From contig OZ245003.1 in NCBI GenBank assembly GCA_965223425.1, forward strand, positions 2,336,001 to 2,400,000: a stretch of DNA of 64,000 bases, written 5' to 3'. Numbering within the stretch: position 1 is the first letter of the stretch; every line of letters begins with the position of its first letter. Of this stretch, positions 20,722 to 31,531 are shown one piece after another. The notes beneath the pieces are model-generated. The model was not told the origin of the DNA and searched no databases. It saw only the letters and a program-made list of their open reading frames with translations. This DNA comes from Nitrosopumilus sp. Lineage in GTDB: Archaea; Thermoproteota; Nitrososphaeria; Nitrososphaerales; Nitrosopumilaceae. The position numbers and the translations under genes were made by a program.

Positions 20722-21933
20722 TCATCTAATCAGTCTTGTAATTCTCCCAAAATTTTCTTTACCAAACTCTTTTTCTTGTACATGTTTGATAACTGAATTT
20801 TCCTCTATATGGGTACGGTATTCCAAGGCCTCCAAGGCTTGCTTTTCGACATTAAAAGCGCGTCGCAGACGTTTTAATTTCGCTTCATTATAATCAGGAC
20901 TAGTAAGATCAGATAGTTTGATTACATGATCTTGAGTGTCCTTAAAAATTACTTCTAGTCTTGTTGCGTCATTCTTGTAGTAACCATAATCCTTTCGATT
21001 AAATAATCTAAATGGATGAATGTATTTTGTTTTCATTCGTTCGGCTTCTAGTTTTTTCTGTTCAGTTTTTTTGTTAATTTTTTCGATTGTCTCCGGAGGC
21101 ATATTTTCTCGCTTGTGATTTGTGCCATAGCTATCAAAGCCACTAACAAATGTCAATATGTCCTTAGCTGGCGCTATATCGGTTGTAGGTTGTGCTTTTG
21201 GCATTGGAACATTAAAAGCGTGCAGATAGGTTTCGTCTCGGTATTCTTTTTTTATTACACTAGTTAGTCTTCTGACCTCATTTACAAGAAGATATGCATC
21301 CATAGGATATTTTCCATCAAAATCAATTGAAAACAAATTCACGCCGTTCTCAAAATAAAACTGATTGATCTCTCTTAATTCACTTGTAGCTACCATAGGG
21401 ATATTGCCCATTATTTCTTGTTTTTTTCCATACGATTTTAGAAATCCAAAGAATTTTTTTAGAAATTTTAGATATTCTGTTCCAGATATGTTGGGTATCA
21501 TGGGTGGTATTATGACTTCGCTTGCAGGATGAGTAACTATGTTACACAGATACTCAATCTCAGTATCTGTGGGCAAGCTATTTGGTTTGTTGGTTTTTTT
21601 GTCTTTATTTTCATAGGTAAAATATAAGAGATTTAGCTCATCTTTGATTTTTGGCATTGTGAAAATATATCGAAGTTTTTTCCCCCATTCATTTAATTTA
21701 TCAACATCACTGTCGATATCTTCAATTTTTTGTTTTGTCAACTCATGGTATATTTCGTTCATACCTCGCACTTTGGCGTTTTGAATGAGCCTGGATTCAG
21801 AAGCTGTGTCCTGTCTCAAGTGAAAGGCTCTGATAGGTGTTTGAATGCTTGCAGAGTTGGTACTTAGTGATAGTTTTCTCATCATAGAGTAGTTTTCATC
21901 TTCTGCTTCAACCTTTACTTTTACATGGGACAT
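20722..21933 (-). CDS. Hypothetical protein, possible tRNA-guanine transglycosylase (TGT)-like TIM barrel
   Basis: Motif order resembles TGT/DpdA: N-terminal IQTP, LHAFN, GFDSYG and a C-terminal helix with FN; no Zn-binding Cys motif. Confidence 0.45.
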   Translation of the reverse strand: MSHVKVKVEAEDENYSMMRKLSLSTNSASIQTPIRAFHLRQDTASESRLIQNAKVRGMNEIYHELTKQKIEDIDSDVDKLNEWGKKLRYIFTMPKIKDELNLLYFTYENKDKKTNKPNSLPTDTEIEYLCNIVTHPASEVIIPPMIPNISGTEYLKFLKKFFGFLKSYGKKQEIMGNIPMVATSELREINQFYFENGVNLFSIDFDGKYPMDAYLLVNEVRRLTSVIKKEYRDETYLHAFNVPMPKAQPTTDIAPAKDILTFVSGFDSYGTNHKRENMPPETIEKINKKTEQKKLEAERMKTKYIHPFRLFNRKDYGYYKNDATRLEVIFKDTQDHVIKLSDLTSPDYNEAKLKRLRRAFNVEKQALEALEYRTHIEENSVIKHVQEKEFGKENFGRITRLIR

Positions 21934-21983
21934 ACGCTATCCTTTTAGAGAATGGTTATTATCTTTTAGGTAGGTGATTTGAT

Positions 21984-22643
21984 TTGAAGAGATATTATGA
22001 ATTAGATGGTGATGACGGATTCCCACCAGAAGAAAAATACTTGTATTTACTGCTATATGCTCCCGGATATACACAAAAATTTAACGAACCAATCAAAGGA
22101 AATACATGGTTACAAAAACAAATGCATGCATTATCTAAAGCAGTACCTAAATTAAATTTTGAATTTGATGAATACAATTTTGGTGCGTTTAGTCCATCTT
22201 TAGAAACAGTGCAGATTCAAAATGAAGTCTCAGATTTTATTTATCAACCATATGGTGATGGACCACTTGAGCTGACTTCTAGGGGTTTGCGTATTGCAAA
22301 AAAACTCTGGAATGAATCTAAACCAGAAGAACGGGAACTTATTTCTGAATTAAAAAATTTCCTTAATGAAATGAAATATTGGGAAATTATTGCGTTCTCA
22401 TATTCGACTTTTCCAGAAACTACACTTGGATCAGAAATTAAACCAGAATTTAAAAAAACTCGCTTAACTTCTGCAATTAATCTTTTCAAAAGACAAAAAA
22501 TTTCACTTAAAAAAGCTGTATCCATAGCCGGAATTTCTGTTGAATCTTTTGAAAAAGAATTAATAAAGAAACAGATTCATCCGTATGAATTAAACGAAGA
22601 TAAATATAACAAATCACTGAAACTAATTGAAAATATTACTTGA
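21984..22643 (+). CDS. Panacea/DUF4065-like antitoxin fused to UPF0175-like HTH
   Basis: LQKQMH..FDEYNFGAFS motif; C-terminal ISLKKAVSIAGISVESFEKEL. Confidence 0.65.
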   Translation: MKRYYELDGDDGFPPEEKYLYLLLYAPGYTQKFNEPIKGNTWLQKQMHALSKAVPKLNFEFDEYNFGAFSPSLETVQIQNEVSDFIYQPYGDGPLELTSRGLRIAKKLWNESKPEERELISELKNFLNEMKYWEIIAFSYSTFPETTLGSEIKPEFKKTRLTSAINLFKRQKISLKKAVSIAGISVESFEKELIKKQIHPYELNEDKYNKSLKLIENIT

Positions 22644-23142
22644 TACCAGTTTTCTGAGACATTTAGAACAGGTGAATCTACTTCAACTTCTTTCCACTTT
22701 TTCGGAAAATCTAGGATGGGAATTTGTGATGCCCGAAATAGTTCACAATGAGCTTAGAGCTAGAGATGTTCCACAGGAAATTGAGAGTTTTTTAGAAAGT
22801 GGCACAGTAAATCTAGATTCCTGTAATCAAATTCAATTTTTATCAGTAAAATATAGGTTGTTAGGTTTAGATGATGGGGAATTAGAAGCAATATGCATAG
22901 TAGATAAATGTGAAGATCGAACTTTCAAAAATTATCTAATTTTGACTGATGATATTCCAGCTCAGAATGGTTCGGGAAAATTAGGAATGAATTCATTAGA
23001 TGTCCTAATGTTTCTCTTTGTATCTAATGAAAGAGGATTCCTGTCAAAAAATATAGCTGAGAATGCCTTAGAAACACTTGAAAGTTCAGGATACAACATA
23101 GATGGTGCAGTCAAAGTGGATTATTTACAACGTTTACAATAA
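22627..23142 (+). CDS. PIN-domain (DUF3368-like) putative toxin
   Basis: ILLDTS, VHNEL, LDDGELEAI and ILTDD acidic motifs; overlaps the upstream gene. Confidence 0.75.
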   Translation: MKILLDTSFLRHLEQVNLLQLLSTFSENLGWEFVMPEIVHNELRARDVPQEIESFLESGTVNLDSCNQIQFLSVKYRLLGLDDGELEAICIVDKCEDRTFKNYLILTDDIPAQNGSGKLGMNSLDVLMFLFVSNERGFLSKNIAENALETLESSGYNIDGAVKVDYLQRLQ

Positions 23143-23153
23143 GGTAATGCAGG

Positions 23154-24377
23154 GTAACTGATCGCGTTTTTGAAGTTGCCTAGAAATCCTACCGACATCA
23201 AAGATCCAACTCGTCATCAGGGAATTCCATCCGTCATGTGATGGTGTCCTGATTCAAAACCATGGAAAAACCCGACGATCCTGCAGATGTGTGCTGCTTG
23301 TTTCTGATGCTCTTCCCTTTCAGGCACAGCTTGCCACAGCGTTAGGTGGTGTCGCCGCCTCCGCCGCTACTGTAGGCATCGGAATGTCATCTGTCTTGCC
23401 GTCAAGGTAATCCTTGATGAACTCATACGGATTGACGCCCCGCATATCGCAGGTGGCACACACCGTCATCAGCATCTCCGTCGCCTGCATTCCGCCCTCA
23501 GACCTGCTGCCGTAGTTGACCTTGCGCATGGTGGCAAACATACGAGGCAGCCTCTCGCTTGTGTTGTTGTGGTACTCTACATACTGCTCAAGGCACGTCA
23601 GCAGGTTATTCCCCTCCCTTTGCAGCCTCTTTGCGTACCTGATGCAGTCCAGATCCTCGTAGGCTCCCCGTGCCAGTGCGTCTATTCTGAGCTGCAGTTC
23701 CCGTACCGTATCTGCGGGCACCTCCCTGTCGCCGTCGCGCCCTGTATTCCACGCCGTTATGGCGCCCTTTAGGATGTCGTGCAGCTCTGTAAAGAACGAC
23801 GTGAACTCACTGCCCGTGTTGTGATTATGGGTTCGGTACATGTCCCTGAAATAATGCAGCAGGCACTTTTGGCGCTTGGTGCCAATGTCGTTCCATCCCC
23901 CGTATGAATCCGATATTATGGTTCCCACAAAATCTGCCAGCAGTGCCGTGGCCACCAGCTTGCTGCGCGACGGCGAAATGTGATACAATACGGAATCCGA
24001 GGAGGCCACAACCCACACCCGGTAGCGCAGGCCGTTGAGGAACCATCCCGTCTCGTCCCCGTAGACGGCATATGCGGCGTTGATTCTGCCCAGTATGCCG
24101 TCGTACAGGGGCATCATGTACGATGTGGCAGTATTGCAGATGTGGATTAGCGCGGATCTCGCAATCGGCATCCTGTATATCATGCCCAGAATCTTTTCTA
24201 TCTTCTCAAAGGACACCCCGATGTACCGCAACACCAGGATCTGCGACACCGGCCCGTTGCCGTACCGCTGGCCATCAAGCACTCCCGGTATGGAGGCAGA
24301 GTGCTGCCTGTGGCACCTTTTGCAGTAGCGGCGCATGATGGTCCACTGCGTGCTGCAGAGCTGGCCGCCTGCCACAT
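23154..24377 (-). mobile_element. IS66-family element, 5'-truncated
   Basis: Transposase C-terminal two-thirds (GDETGW, QKCLLH, HNNTSER); GTAAC end at 23154; cut by an ISH3 end at 24378. Confidence 0.85.
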
Positions 24378-24775
24378 CAGTAGTTCCCAGATGTAGATTT
24401 ACCGCAACCGCAACTGACATCGGCTCTACTTGCCTCGATCATTGACAAACAGCTCGTTCCTGCCTGTAATGTACACGATAAACAACTCCATGGTAAGTTT
24501 TTTCCCGCAGAAGACACTCCTCCATACATCTTTCCTGCATCAAGGCAGAACCTGGCGATCCTCCACAGGTTGTACAGCAGCAGCGGCAGATAAAACATCA
24601 GCAGCCTCACAGCCAGGGAGTTGCTGCATGTCCTGCCCATGATTTCCTTTATGACGCGAAACCCCGTCTCGATGCCCCATCTTGCGGTACTGCTTCGGTA
24701 TGATGTCTGTCATGGCTCTGTGGCACTCCTGATGGGAATGTTTGTTGCAAACGCAATGTATTGCTCCTTTGCCTC
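24378..24775 (-). mobile_element. ISH3-family remnant (3' end)
   Basis: Minus strand encodes RWGIETGFR; the end sequence CAGTAGTTCCCAGATG.. is repeated at 26790. Confidence 0.7.
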
Positions 24776-24877
24776 ACCATTAATTCGTGTACATTCGAGG
24801 CAAAAGCATGTATGTTAAAACCATGTGATTATACGTGAATTTTTGGGTCTATCTATATAATTCCTGTACGTGTCCAG

Positions 24878-25975
24878 TCATTCTTCTGAATCCAACGACT
24901 CTATGATTTCATCCAGATCGTTCTTGATTGCAGATTCCATATCCTTGACGGTGTCTTTGATCTCTTTGGCTGATGTCTCAATGCTCGTGCATTGTGTTTT
25001 TACGGATCTCATGTCTTTCATCTTGTTTTGAATCGCTCTTGTTTTTTCTACGACAAAGGAAGGATCCAGTTTCTTTTCCTTGGCCGATTCTATTCGAAGT
25101 CTTGCCCTTGCCCATTTGTATGCAATGTGGATTATTTCTCCATCGATAAAGGAATCTCCGTTGCCATCTTCAACCGCACAAACAAGGTGACCATCATCAT
25201 ATTCGTTAAACCAGCCAATGCTCTCTGGAAGTGACTCTTTATTTTTTGCCACAAATATTCCGTACTCCGCCTCCCTGTTTTCCATGGCTTCATCTAACTC
25301 TTTTTGTATTTCACGGCGCGAGATTGTTCCCTTGTTTTTCATTTCAAAGACCATCTTCTTTTTAATGCCACCCAGTTCTATGACGAAATCCCCTTTCTTG
25401 CTTCTTGGGAGTTTTCCATAGTCATTGCCTGTTTGCTCTAACATGTCTGAATGAATGTCTGCGATCCAGTTCAGTTTTTTTGCGCACTGCTCCTCAAAAT
25501 CTATCCCTTTTCTAGTGCCTTTTTCAACAACCGCATCCACTACCGCATTAATTCCGAGCTTTTCCCTAATTGCAAAAAGATTCCCCTCAAGCTCTGAGCG
25601 CAGTGAGTGTAGCGGGCTTCCGTCTCTGTTTGGATCAAACAACTCTTTGATTAGTTTTCCATCTTCGCCGAATTGTTCTTTTAGAATTCCAGAGAATTGA
25701 CCGTCTTTGCTAAAAACCGAATCCAGACCCTGCTTCATCTTTTCGTTAAGATTGTCAAATGCTTTTTCTACATAGTTGACATTGCCTGTGACTCCAATCG
25801 ACCTTATTGCGACTATCCCAGTCTTTAACGCATTTTCCAGTTTTTGATTCAAGTCGTCTGATTCGTTCAAATCTTCAAAATATGAGACAATGTCATAATC
25901 CTGTGTGACAAAATCCTTGACTATGACCTGATTTCCTTCTGTGACGATTTTTCTGTTCTGCTCAACGGATGTCAT
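24878..25975 (-). CDS. Coiled-coil protein with PD-(D/E)xK nuclease-like motif (RmuC/DUF2130-like)
   Basis: KGIDFEE..KGDFVI..VFEMKNK motif between coiled coils; likely start MTSVEQ at 25975. Confidence 0.55.
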   Translation of the reverse strand: MTSVEQNRKIVTEGNQVIVKDFVTQDYDIVSYFEDLNESDDLNQKLENALKTGIVAIRSIGVTGNVNYVEKAFDNLNEKMKQGLDSVFSKDGQFSGILKEQFGEDGKLIKELFDPNRDGSPLHSLRSELEGNLFAIREKLGINAVVDAVVEKGTRKGIDFEEQCAKKLNWIADIHSDMLEQTGNDYGKLPRSKKGDFVIELGGIKKKMVFEMKNKGTISRREIQKELDEAMENREAEYGIFVAKNKESLPESIGWFNEYDDGHLVCAVEDGNGDSFIDGEIIHIAYKWARARLRIESAKEKKLDPSFVVEKTRAIQNKMKDMRSVKTQCTSIETSAKEIKDTVKDMESAIKNDLDEIIESLDSEE

Positions 25976-26052
25976 TTGGGCTCCGATACTTGGCAACTCT
26001 ATAAAAAGTAACAGCTCGCGTTTTTGAAGCGATTTGAGGCAGTGCATAGTCT

Positions 26053-26686
26053 GGTTCTGTTGCGTTAGCGGGTGTTAGCTAGAAATTTTAAAACTGTGTG
26101 AGTTTAGCTGGTTATCAAATGGTAGAGATAGTTGTTGGCTCAAGCTAATTTCATAATTTTTTTATTGAGATGGTTTTAAAATATTTTTGTGGAAGAGATA
26201 ATCAAAATTCCAAATATTAATTTGAATTGGAGTGAATGGTACAAATGGAATGATCTGAAACTTGATGCAAGAGTTAACACATACAATCGAATACATGTTC
26301 CAAACAAACAATCAGGTGTTTATGAGGCAAAATATGAAGATGTATCTGAAAGACTAACCATTGGTAGAGCATCTAATTTATGTTCTAGAATAAAACAAGG
26401 ATTAGTCAAAGGTAACATACCACATAGTGCAGGGGAACGTATGAGATCTGATATTGATGATTTTTCCAAAGTTGTTGTGAGATGGGCAATAACTGATCGA
26501 CCACCAATGATTGAAAAAGAGTTACATAAAAAACATAGGCAGAAATATGGAAAATTACCAAAATATGTTCTGAGAACTTAAAAAATAACCTTCGCCTATC
26601 TTAACACCTTGTTCAATTAGCTCAAAACCCTTGATACCTTATCAGTGTAAAAATTTCTAGATAACACCCGCTAACGCAACAGAACC
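26053..26686. mobile_element. Non-autonomous IS6-type cassette (44-bp TIRs, no transposase)
   Basis: GGTTCTGTTGCGTTAGCGGGTGTTAGCTAGAAATTTT at 26053 and its near-perfect inverse ending at 26686; GGTTCTGTTGC is the IS6/IS257-type terminus. Confidence 0.85.
26189..26581 (+). CDS. GIY-YIG-like nuclease
   Basis: SGVYE..LTIGRASNLCSRI..EKEL..GKLP motif pattern. Confidence 0.65.
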   Translation: MEEIIKIPNINLNWSEWYKWNDLKLDARVNTYNRIHVPNKQSGVYEAKYEDVSERLTIGRASNLCSRIKQGLVKGNIPHSAGERMRSDIDDFSKVVVRWAITDRPPMIEKELHKKHRQKYGKLPKYVLRT

Positions 26687-26789
26687 ATCGACTAGTGTGT
26701 TGCATAACTCGGCCTGACCACATCCCGTCCATCCCAGGATCCATGCACCTGCTCCCCTACATTGTTGCTGCCACCCACCGGTTGTACAT

Positions 26790-26875
26790 CAGTAGTTCCC
26801 AGATGTAGATTTACCGCAACCGCAACTGGCATCGGTTCTACTTGCTTCGATCATTGACAAACAACTCGTTTCTGA
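26790..26875 (-). mobile_element. Second ISH3 end fragment
   Basis: ~85-bp near-identical copy of 24378-24463. Confidence 0.7.
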
Positions 26876-27057
26876 ACACATGATAACCACCTTGTCGTAG
26901 TTACTGTGATGGATCGACCCCTGCACATGTATGGGCTTTGCGCCCTTGTTTCTGAATGGGGCAATCCGAGCTGCTGTGTAATTGGGCCTTGCGCCCTGAT
27001 AGGTGTATGCAGCTTCCGATCCACCACAACATATCCAAAAGGAGGTGATAAAAAAGG

Positions 27058-27322
27058 ATGAATGCAAACATTGGAATAGACATTGGAAAGAAAAAATGTG
27101 ACGTATGCGTAGTGGACGGGAATGGAAAGGTCCTGGAGACAGGGCAGCATGCCAACACAACACACGAGGCAGGCAAATTTGCACAAAAGATGGCGCACAA
27201 ATACGCCGGCAAGGCAAGAAAATGCAGGGCAGCATGCGAGACTACTGCCAACATGTGGCTCAAGACCTTTGATGCCTTTGAGCAGGCAGGCATGGAAATC
27301 AAGCTGGCCAACACGTACAAAC
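27058..27322 (+). pseudogene. IS110-family transposase N-terminal fragment
   Basis: IGIDIGKKKCDVCVVD..ACETT (DEDD domain); truncated by an ISL2-like end. Confidence 0.8.
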
Positions 27323-27324
27323 TA

Positions 27325-27478
27325 GTGCATGAGGCACTGCAAGTGCGCACGGGTTTGAATTTCTGCGAATTTACAATGATCTTTTGCATCAAAATTAAAT
27401 AATTTCTTGGACTGGCTTTGTGTGTCTTGGCAGTGTGTGCTGCAGAAAAAATTTGACGGGTCAATTATGCATAGTCTA
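27325..27478 (+). mobile_element. Right-end fragment of the ISL2-like element
   Basis: ~150 bp similar to 17255-17412. Confidence 0.8.
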
Positions 27479-27514
27479 GTATTGTAGGTGTCTAGGCGAT
27501 CTAGTCCTTGTATC

Positions 27515-28045
27515 TCATATGGATTCTGGCAGCGTGACCTTTAGTTTTATCCACTTTTTGCGCGCATTTTTGATGCTGTCAGTAGAAAAATTTTCCTTTA
27601 TTGCGTGCACCTTGTCTAACAAATCGGCATCTTTAATGTCTGGGCTGTTTCTTTTTACAAAGTCAATGGTTGCTGCAAGCTCTAGTTCTTCTTTGTTCCA
27701 ATTAGACAGATTCGTCACAAGATTTCGTGTTTTTTTTACCTTGGCAGGATCACATACGTCTTTTTCAAATTTTTCTATAAGATTGATTCCTTTGTCAGTA
27801 AGGCTGAAAGTATGTGGGGTATTGCTGCTTTGCTCAACTAGTCCAACAGATTCTGCCGTCTTTGCGGTGTCTGCAAGCGCAAAGGAGAATGGCCCGTAAT
27901 AATGGAGTTGATAACCGTTAATATCCCAGTCCAAGTACTGGCAGAAATACGCTATCTTTTGCAGTTTGGTTCTTCCGGCAATCTGATGATTCTTGCCGCC
28001 GTCTATGATCAAACAAAGTAACCCAACATCATCAATTATTGCCAT
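27515..28045 (-). CDS. YwgA/Panacea (DUF4065)-like protein
   Basis: GRTKLQKIAYF..YQLHYYGPFS..LELAATIDF. Confidence 0.75.
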   Translation of the reverse strand: MAIIDDVGLLCLIIDGGKNHQIAGRTKLQKIAYFCQYLDWDINGYQLHYYGPFSFALADTAKTAESVGLVEQSSNTPHTFSLTDKGINLIEKFEKDVCDPAKVKKTRNLVTNLSNWNKEELELAATIDFVKRNSPDIKDADLLDKVHAIKENFSTDSIKNARKKWIKLKVTLPESI

Positions 28046-28072
28046 GTTATACCCACAAACAATGCCACATTA

Positions 28073-29425
28073 TTAGTATTTAGTTAGTTGGTCAAGCATA
28101 TTGCTAACCTTTGGTGAAATCTGCTCCGGATAAAAAATCCTGATCGAACTTTTGTCATCCTTGCTGATGGCCTCAACCAGCGGAGAAATCCGAGATATTT
28201 CCTCAAGCTTCTTATGCTCTGTGATTACCATGATGTGACTAATTGCAGTTTGCTCATCGTCTTGTTCTGTAGCCGTATACGGTTCATAGCCAGGTGTTTT
28301 CTCGGCATCTTGAATGAAATAATAGTCAAAATCTAGCCCTTTCTTCTTGAATTCCTTTTTGATATCCTTCATAGAATCTAATCCCAGTTGGATCATATCA
28401 TTCTGATTAATCCGGTGTACCTTTAGCAGCTGCCTATTAATCAGACGTGCAGACATGTCCTTTAGAATTCTATCTGAAGACTTGGTCCATCCATGAATCG
28501 CAGAATAGCACATATAATCATCCAGAGAAAGCATCATGCCTGGAGTGGCCTTTTTTGTAATGTCGACTATTTTGTTGTGTTTTTTGGACAGTTCTGATGC
28601 TCGCTTGAATATCTTGACTAGAATGTTTTCCATGCAACGGATGGTTTTGTGATAATATACTCCCTTGTACATGTGATATCTTCCTAGAAGGTAATCCTCA
28701 ACGGCTTCTATTCCTTTTTGAGAAACGACCACTGTTCCTTTCAGTGATTCTTTGGGTGTTTTCTTGTTCCATATTGACAGCGTGTTTGCAATTCTATAGA
28801 TATCGATTTTTCCATATGGAACGCCTGTAAACAGTGCGTCCCTCATGAGATAGTCAAGCCGGTCAGCGTCTAGCTGGCTGCTTATTAGCTGCGATACAAA
28901 CAGCAGATCTCCGGAGACCGCATGCTTTAAGATATCGCAGATGAGCTGGGACGAGATTCTATTCTCATTCAGTATTTTTTTAATCTCGGTTTTGCGAATG
29001 ATATCCTGTGTCATATCTTCATGGTTGAATTTTCCCTTATTGAGGAACTTTTCTGATGCATGTGAGAAGGGACCGTGTCCGATATCGTGAAGCAGGGCAG
29101 CAACTGCACCAACAGGTCTGAGTCTTGTGATTCTGTCCTTGCTCAGGGTTGATCTTTTGGCAACTGAATCAAACAGTACAAGAAAAACATGCATTACGCC
29201 TATGCTGTGCGCAAATCTGGAATGTGTTGCATTTGGATAAACAGTTGATGCAAGACCAAGCTGATGTAGCCGCCTCAGTCTCTGGAAGTGCGGAGTATCA
29301 ATTAATTGCTGTATTACTGGATATTCTGATATGTCGATAAAGTTGTGAATCGGATCCATTATTTGGATGATTTTATCGTTTGGATGCCGTTGTGGTACTT
29401 TGTCTAGCACTTGTAAATTCATCAA
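28073..29425 (-). CDS. HD-domain dNTP triphosphohydrolase-like protein (YwfO/SAMHD1 family)
   Basis: DPIH, FQRLRRLHQLG, HSRFAHSIG, LLHDIGHGPFSH, DADRLDYLMRD and VYYHK motifs. Confidence 0.9.
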   Translation of the reverse strand: MMNLQVLDKVPQRHPNDKIIQIMDPIHNFIDISEYPVIQQLIDTPHFQRLRRLHQLGLASTVYPNATHSRFAHSIGVMHVFLVLFDSVAKRSTLSKDRITRLRPVGAVAALLHDIGHGPFSHASEKFLNKGKFNHEDMTQDIIRKTEIKKILNENRISSQLICDILKHAVSGDLLFVSQLISSQLDADRLDYLMRDALFTGVPYGKIDIYRIANTLSIWNKKTPKESLKGTVVVSQKGIEAVEDYLLGRYHMYKGVYYHKTIRCMENILVKIFKRASELSKKHNKIVDITKKATPGMMLSLDDYMCYSAIHGWTKSSDRILKDMSARLINRQLLKVHRINQNDMIQLGLDSMKDIKKEFKKKGLDFDYYFIQDAEKTPGYEPYTATEQDDEQTAISHIMVITEHKKLEEISRISPLVEAISKDDKSSIRIFYPEQISPKVSNMLDQLTKY

Positions 29426-29606
29426 TGTACTGTTGTATGGTTATGGTTAAAAATGATCTGTAATATCTGTAATGTATAATTATTTTGAATGCTTGATAAT
29501 TACTTGTCAAATTATAGGAACGTTGGAAACATTATAAAATAAAATAAAATAAAAGTTTTGAAAGTGCCCCAATAACTCTCTGCCGTCATTTATATACATT
29601 ACAGAT

Positions 29607-29816
29607 TTGCTAAATGACGTACCGCTGATGAAAGGAGACGAATGCGCAGTTCCCTGTTTTGGCAGACATTTGTCTTTTCTGGTTACAGAGACGATACCTG
29701 CAGGAAATGTAATTGTAAAAAATGACTATACCTCTTGCATGTTTACAAAAGATGTGTCCTCATCAATGATTCATCACTTGACATGCAAATTCGAAACGTC
29801 ATACAGGATCTTTTGA
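29607..29816 (+). pseudogene. Fragment resembling CDC48 N-terminal subdomain 2
   Basis: PLMKGD..VPCFGRHLSFLVTETIPAG pattern; no AAA domain follows. Confidence 0.4.
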
Positions 29817-29864
29817 AGATAAAAAAAACCCCGACAGACGATGTAGTTTGTTGCATAGCTTGGA

Positions 29865-30184
29865 TCCTAGGCACGAAATTTACCCAACTTTTGACTGGAT
29901 TAGGCATGTTATGCAACAAACTACGGTACTGGGCCTGCAGGTCATACTCTCCTGCCGCATCACATCCAACAGGATGGCAGACACTGCCGTTTTGCCTCAC
30001 TGCTAAAGAAGATCAAAAAGACAGGCATTGCCTTTGCAGACAGGTTCAATGCAGACAGGGGGTATGGCGGTTTGGACTGCAAGACAATAGGATGGAGCCT
30101 TGAGGTGTTAAACCGTCTAGAGTGTGCCGCAAGGCGAAATATTCAGGTGGTGGCAGCTTAGATGTGAATTTGGCAACAACCCCC
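29865..30184 (+). mobile_element. IS5-family remnant with internal deletion
   Basis: FNADRGY motif; the 3' ~115 bp is the reverse complement of 19995-20110; TIR AATTTGGCAACAACCCC. Confidence 0.75.
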
Positions 30185-30422
30185 GATCGGTACAGCCTGA
30201 AATAATCATCTATTGTCCTTTTGATCCTAGGCGGACTGACTTTTCGTACAACAGACGACTTAGCTGAACGGTCGATAAAATTTATAAAGATATTTAGCTA
30301 AAGATGATTGGATATATGTCCAGTCTGTCTGTATTTCTTGTGGTTTGATCCATCACAACAAAGACAGTAAAAAATGAAGCCTTGTACTGCGAGAGGTCAC
30401 AAGGTGGATTTTTAATTTTTGT

Positions 30423-30779
30423 TTAATCGTTATTATTGTGATAATCCATAATTACAATAACATCTTCTTCTTTAATGTATGAACTAGAATTATCACCTTT
30501 GATCCAGCGGAATTTTAAACCATAGGAAAGTATTCCATCAGCATGATTATTTTTTATGTATGACGAGATTCGACCTTGTATATCTGAGGCTACGCTATGT
30601 CTTGCAGAGCGCTTACTTGACTTTTCAAACAAAGATGCAATTAAACTGCTCCAGATGGCAATCTTGTCAGGATGAGTGAAGAAATAAAATAGTAATGATG
30701 ATAAAGTTACTATTGGAAGCGACCACCAAAAATCAATAAAATTTTGGAACACATATTGGAAAATAATATCTTTTGTCAT
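30423..30779 (-). CDS. Hypothetical membrane protein, probably truncated
   Basis: ORF with an N-terminal hydrophobic segment in AT-rich DNA. Confidence 0.4.
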   Translation of the reverse strand: MTKDIIFQYVFQNFIDFWWSLPIVTLSSLLFYFFTHPDKIAIWSSLIASLFEKSSKRSARHSVASDIQGRISSYIKNNHADGILSYGLKFRWIKGDNSSSYIKEEDVIVIMDYHNNND

Positions 30780-30796
30780 GCTACACTGATCTACGG

Positions 30797-31075
30797 TTAT
30801 TGAATATTTTTAACTATTTGATCATAACAAGACATTTTGTTGCAAGCAAACACAAATTTTTCATTGACTAGTTTCATACTTCCAACATTTGTTGATGATA
30901 TCTCATTTAGGCATACATGGCACTTTATATTGCCTCTGCGAAAATCTTGTAACTGATCATATTTTTTTAGCAGATTATCCAAATCTGCAATATGGACTGC
31001 CTTGATTTCTTTGCTTTGGGTAGACATCATGACACAATTGTATATTTTTGACATAAATAACTTGTTCGGATTCAT
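30797..31075 (-). CDS. Small hypothetical Zn-binding protein
   Basis: CxxC..CxxxxC motif; co-oriented with the adjacent ORF. Confidence 0.5.
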   Translation of the reverse strand: MNPNKLFMSKIYNCVMMSTQSKEIKAVHIADLDNLLKKYDQLQDFRRGNIKCHVCLNEISSTNVGSMKLVNEKFVFACNKMSCYDQIVKNIQ

Positions 31076-31306
31076 TGGATTGTTTTGTCAAATTTGTGAT
31101 TGCTAGGATTGAAATATCACCATGATCCTCATAAACGCAGATTTTCGTCTGATGGCCATTCGTATAAAGTCAACTATGGATGATCTCATTAACTAGATAT
31201 TGGTTTTACAAACAACATTCCAGTTAATGTGATTATGTAGGCCATAAGGAGAATCAAAAAATAGAAACAGTTGAAGATGTGTTATTTTGATAAAAACTGA
31301 CATGTG

Positions 31307-31531
31307 TTATGAATTATCTGTTTTTTTATAATGTTGCTTTACTTGATAGTCAATATCATGGAAATAAACTCGAATCTTTTGTTTTTCCAAATTTTTTAAT
31401 TCCTTACTGTGTGCATCAATATTTCTAAAATGAGCTAGTTCAAATAATTTTACTGCTATTGCGGATTTATCTTCTCCAAAAACCTCTTTAAAATACGGAT
31501 AATTTTTCTTATCTGTAACGATCCATTGCAA
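31307..31531 (-). pseudogene. Swt1-like HEPN fragment
   Basis: FRNIDAHS matches the HEPN RxxxxH motif; the N-terminus is missing. Confidence 0.45.
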
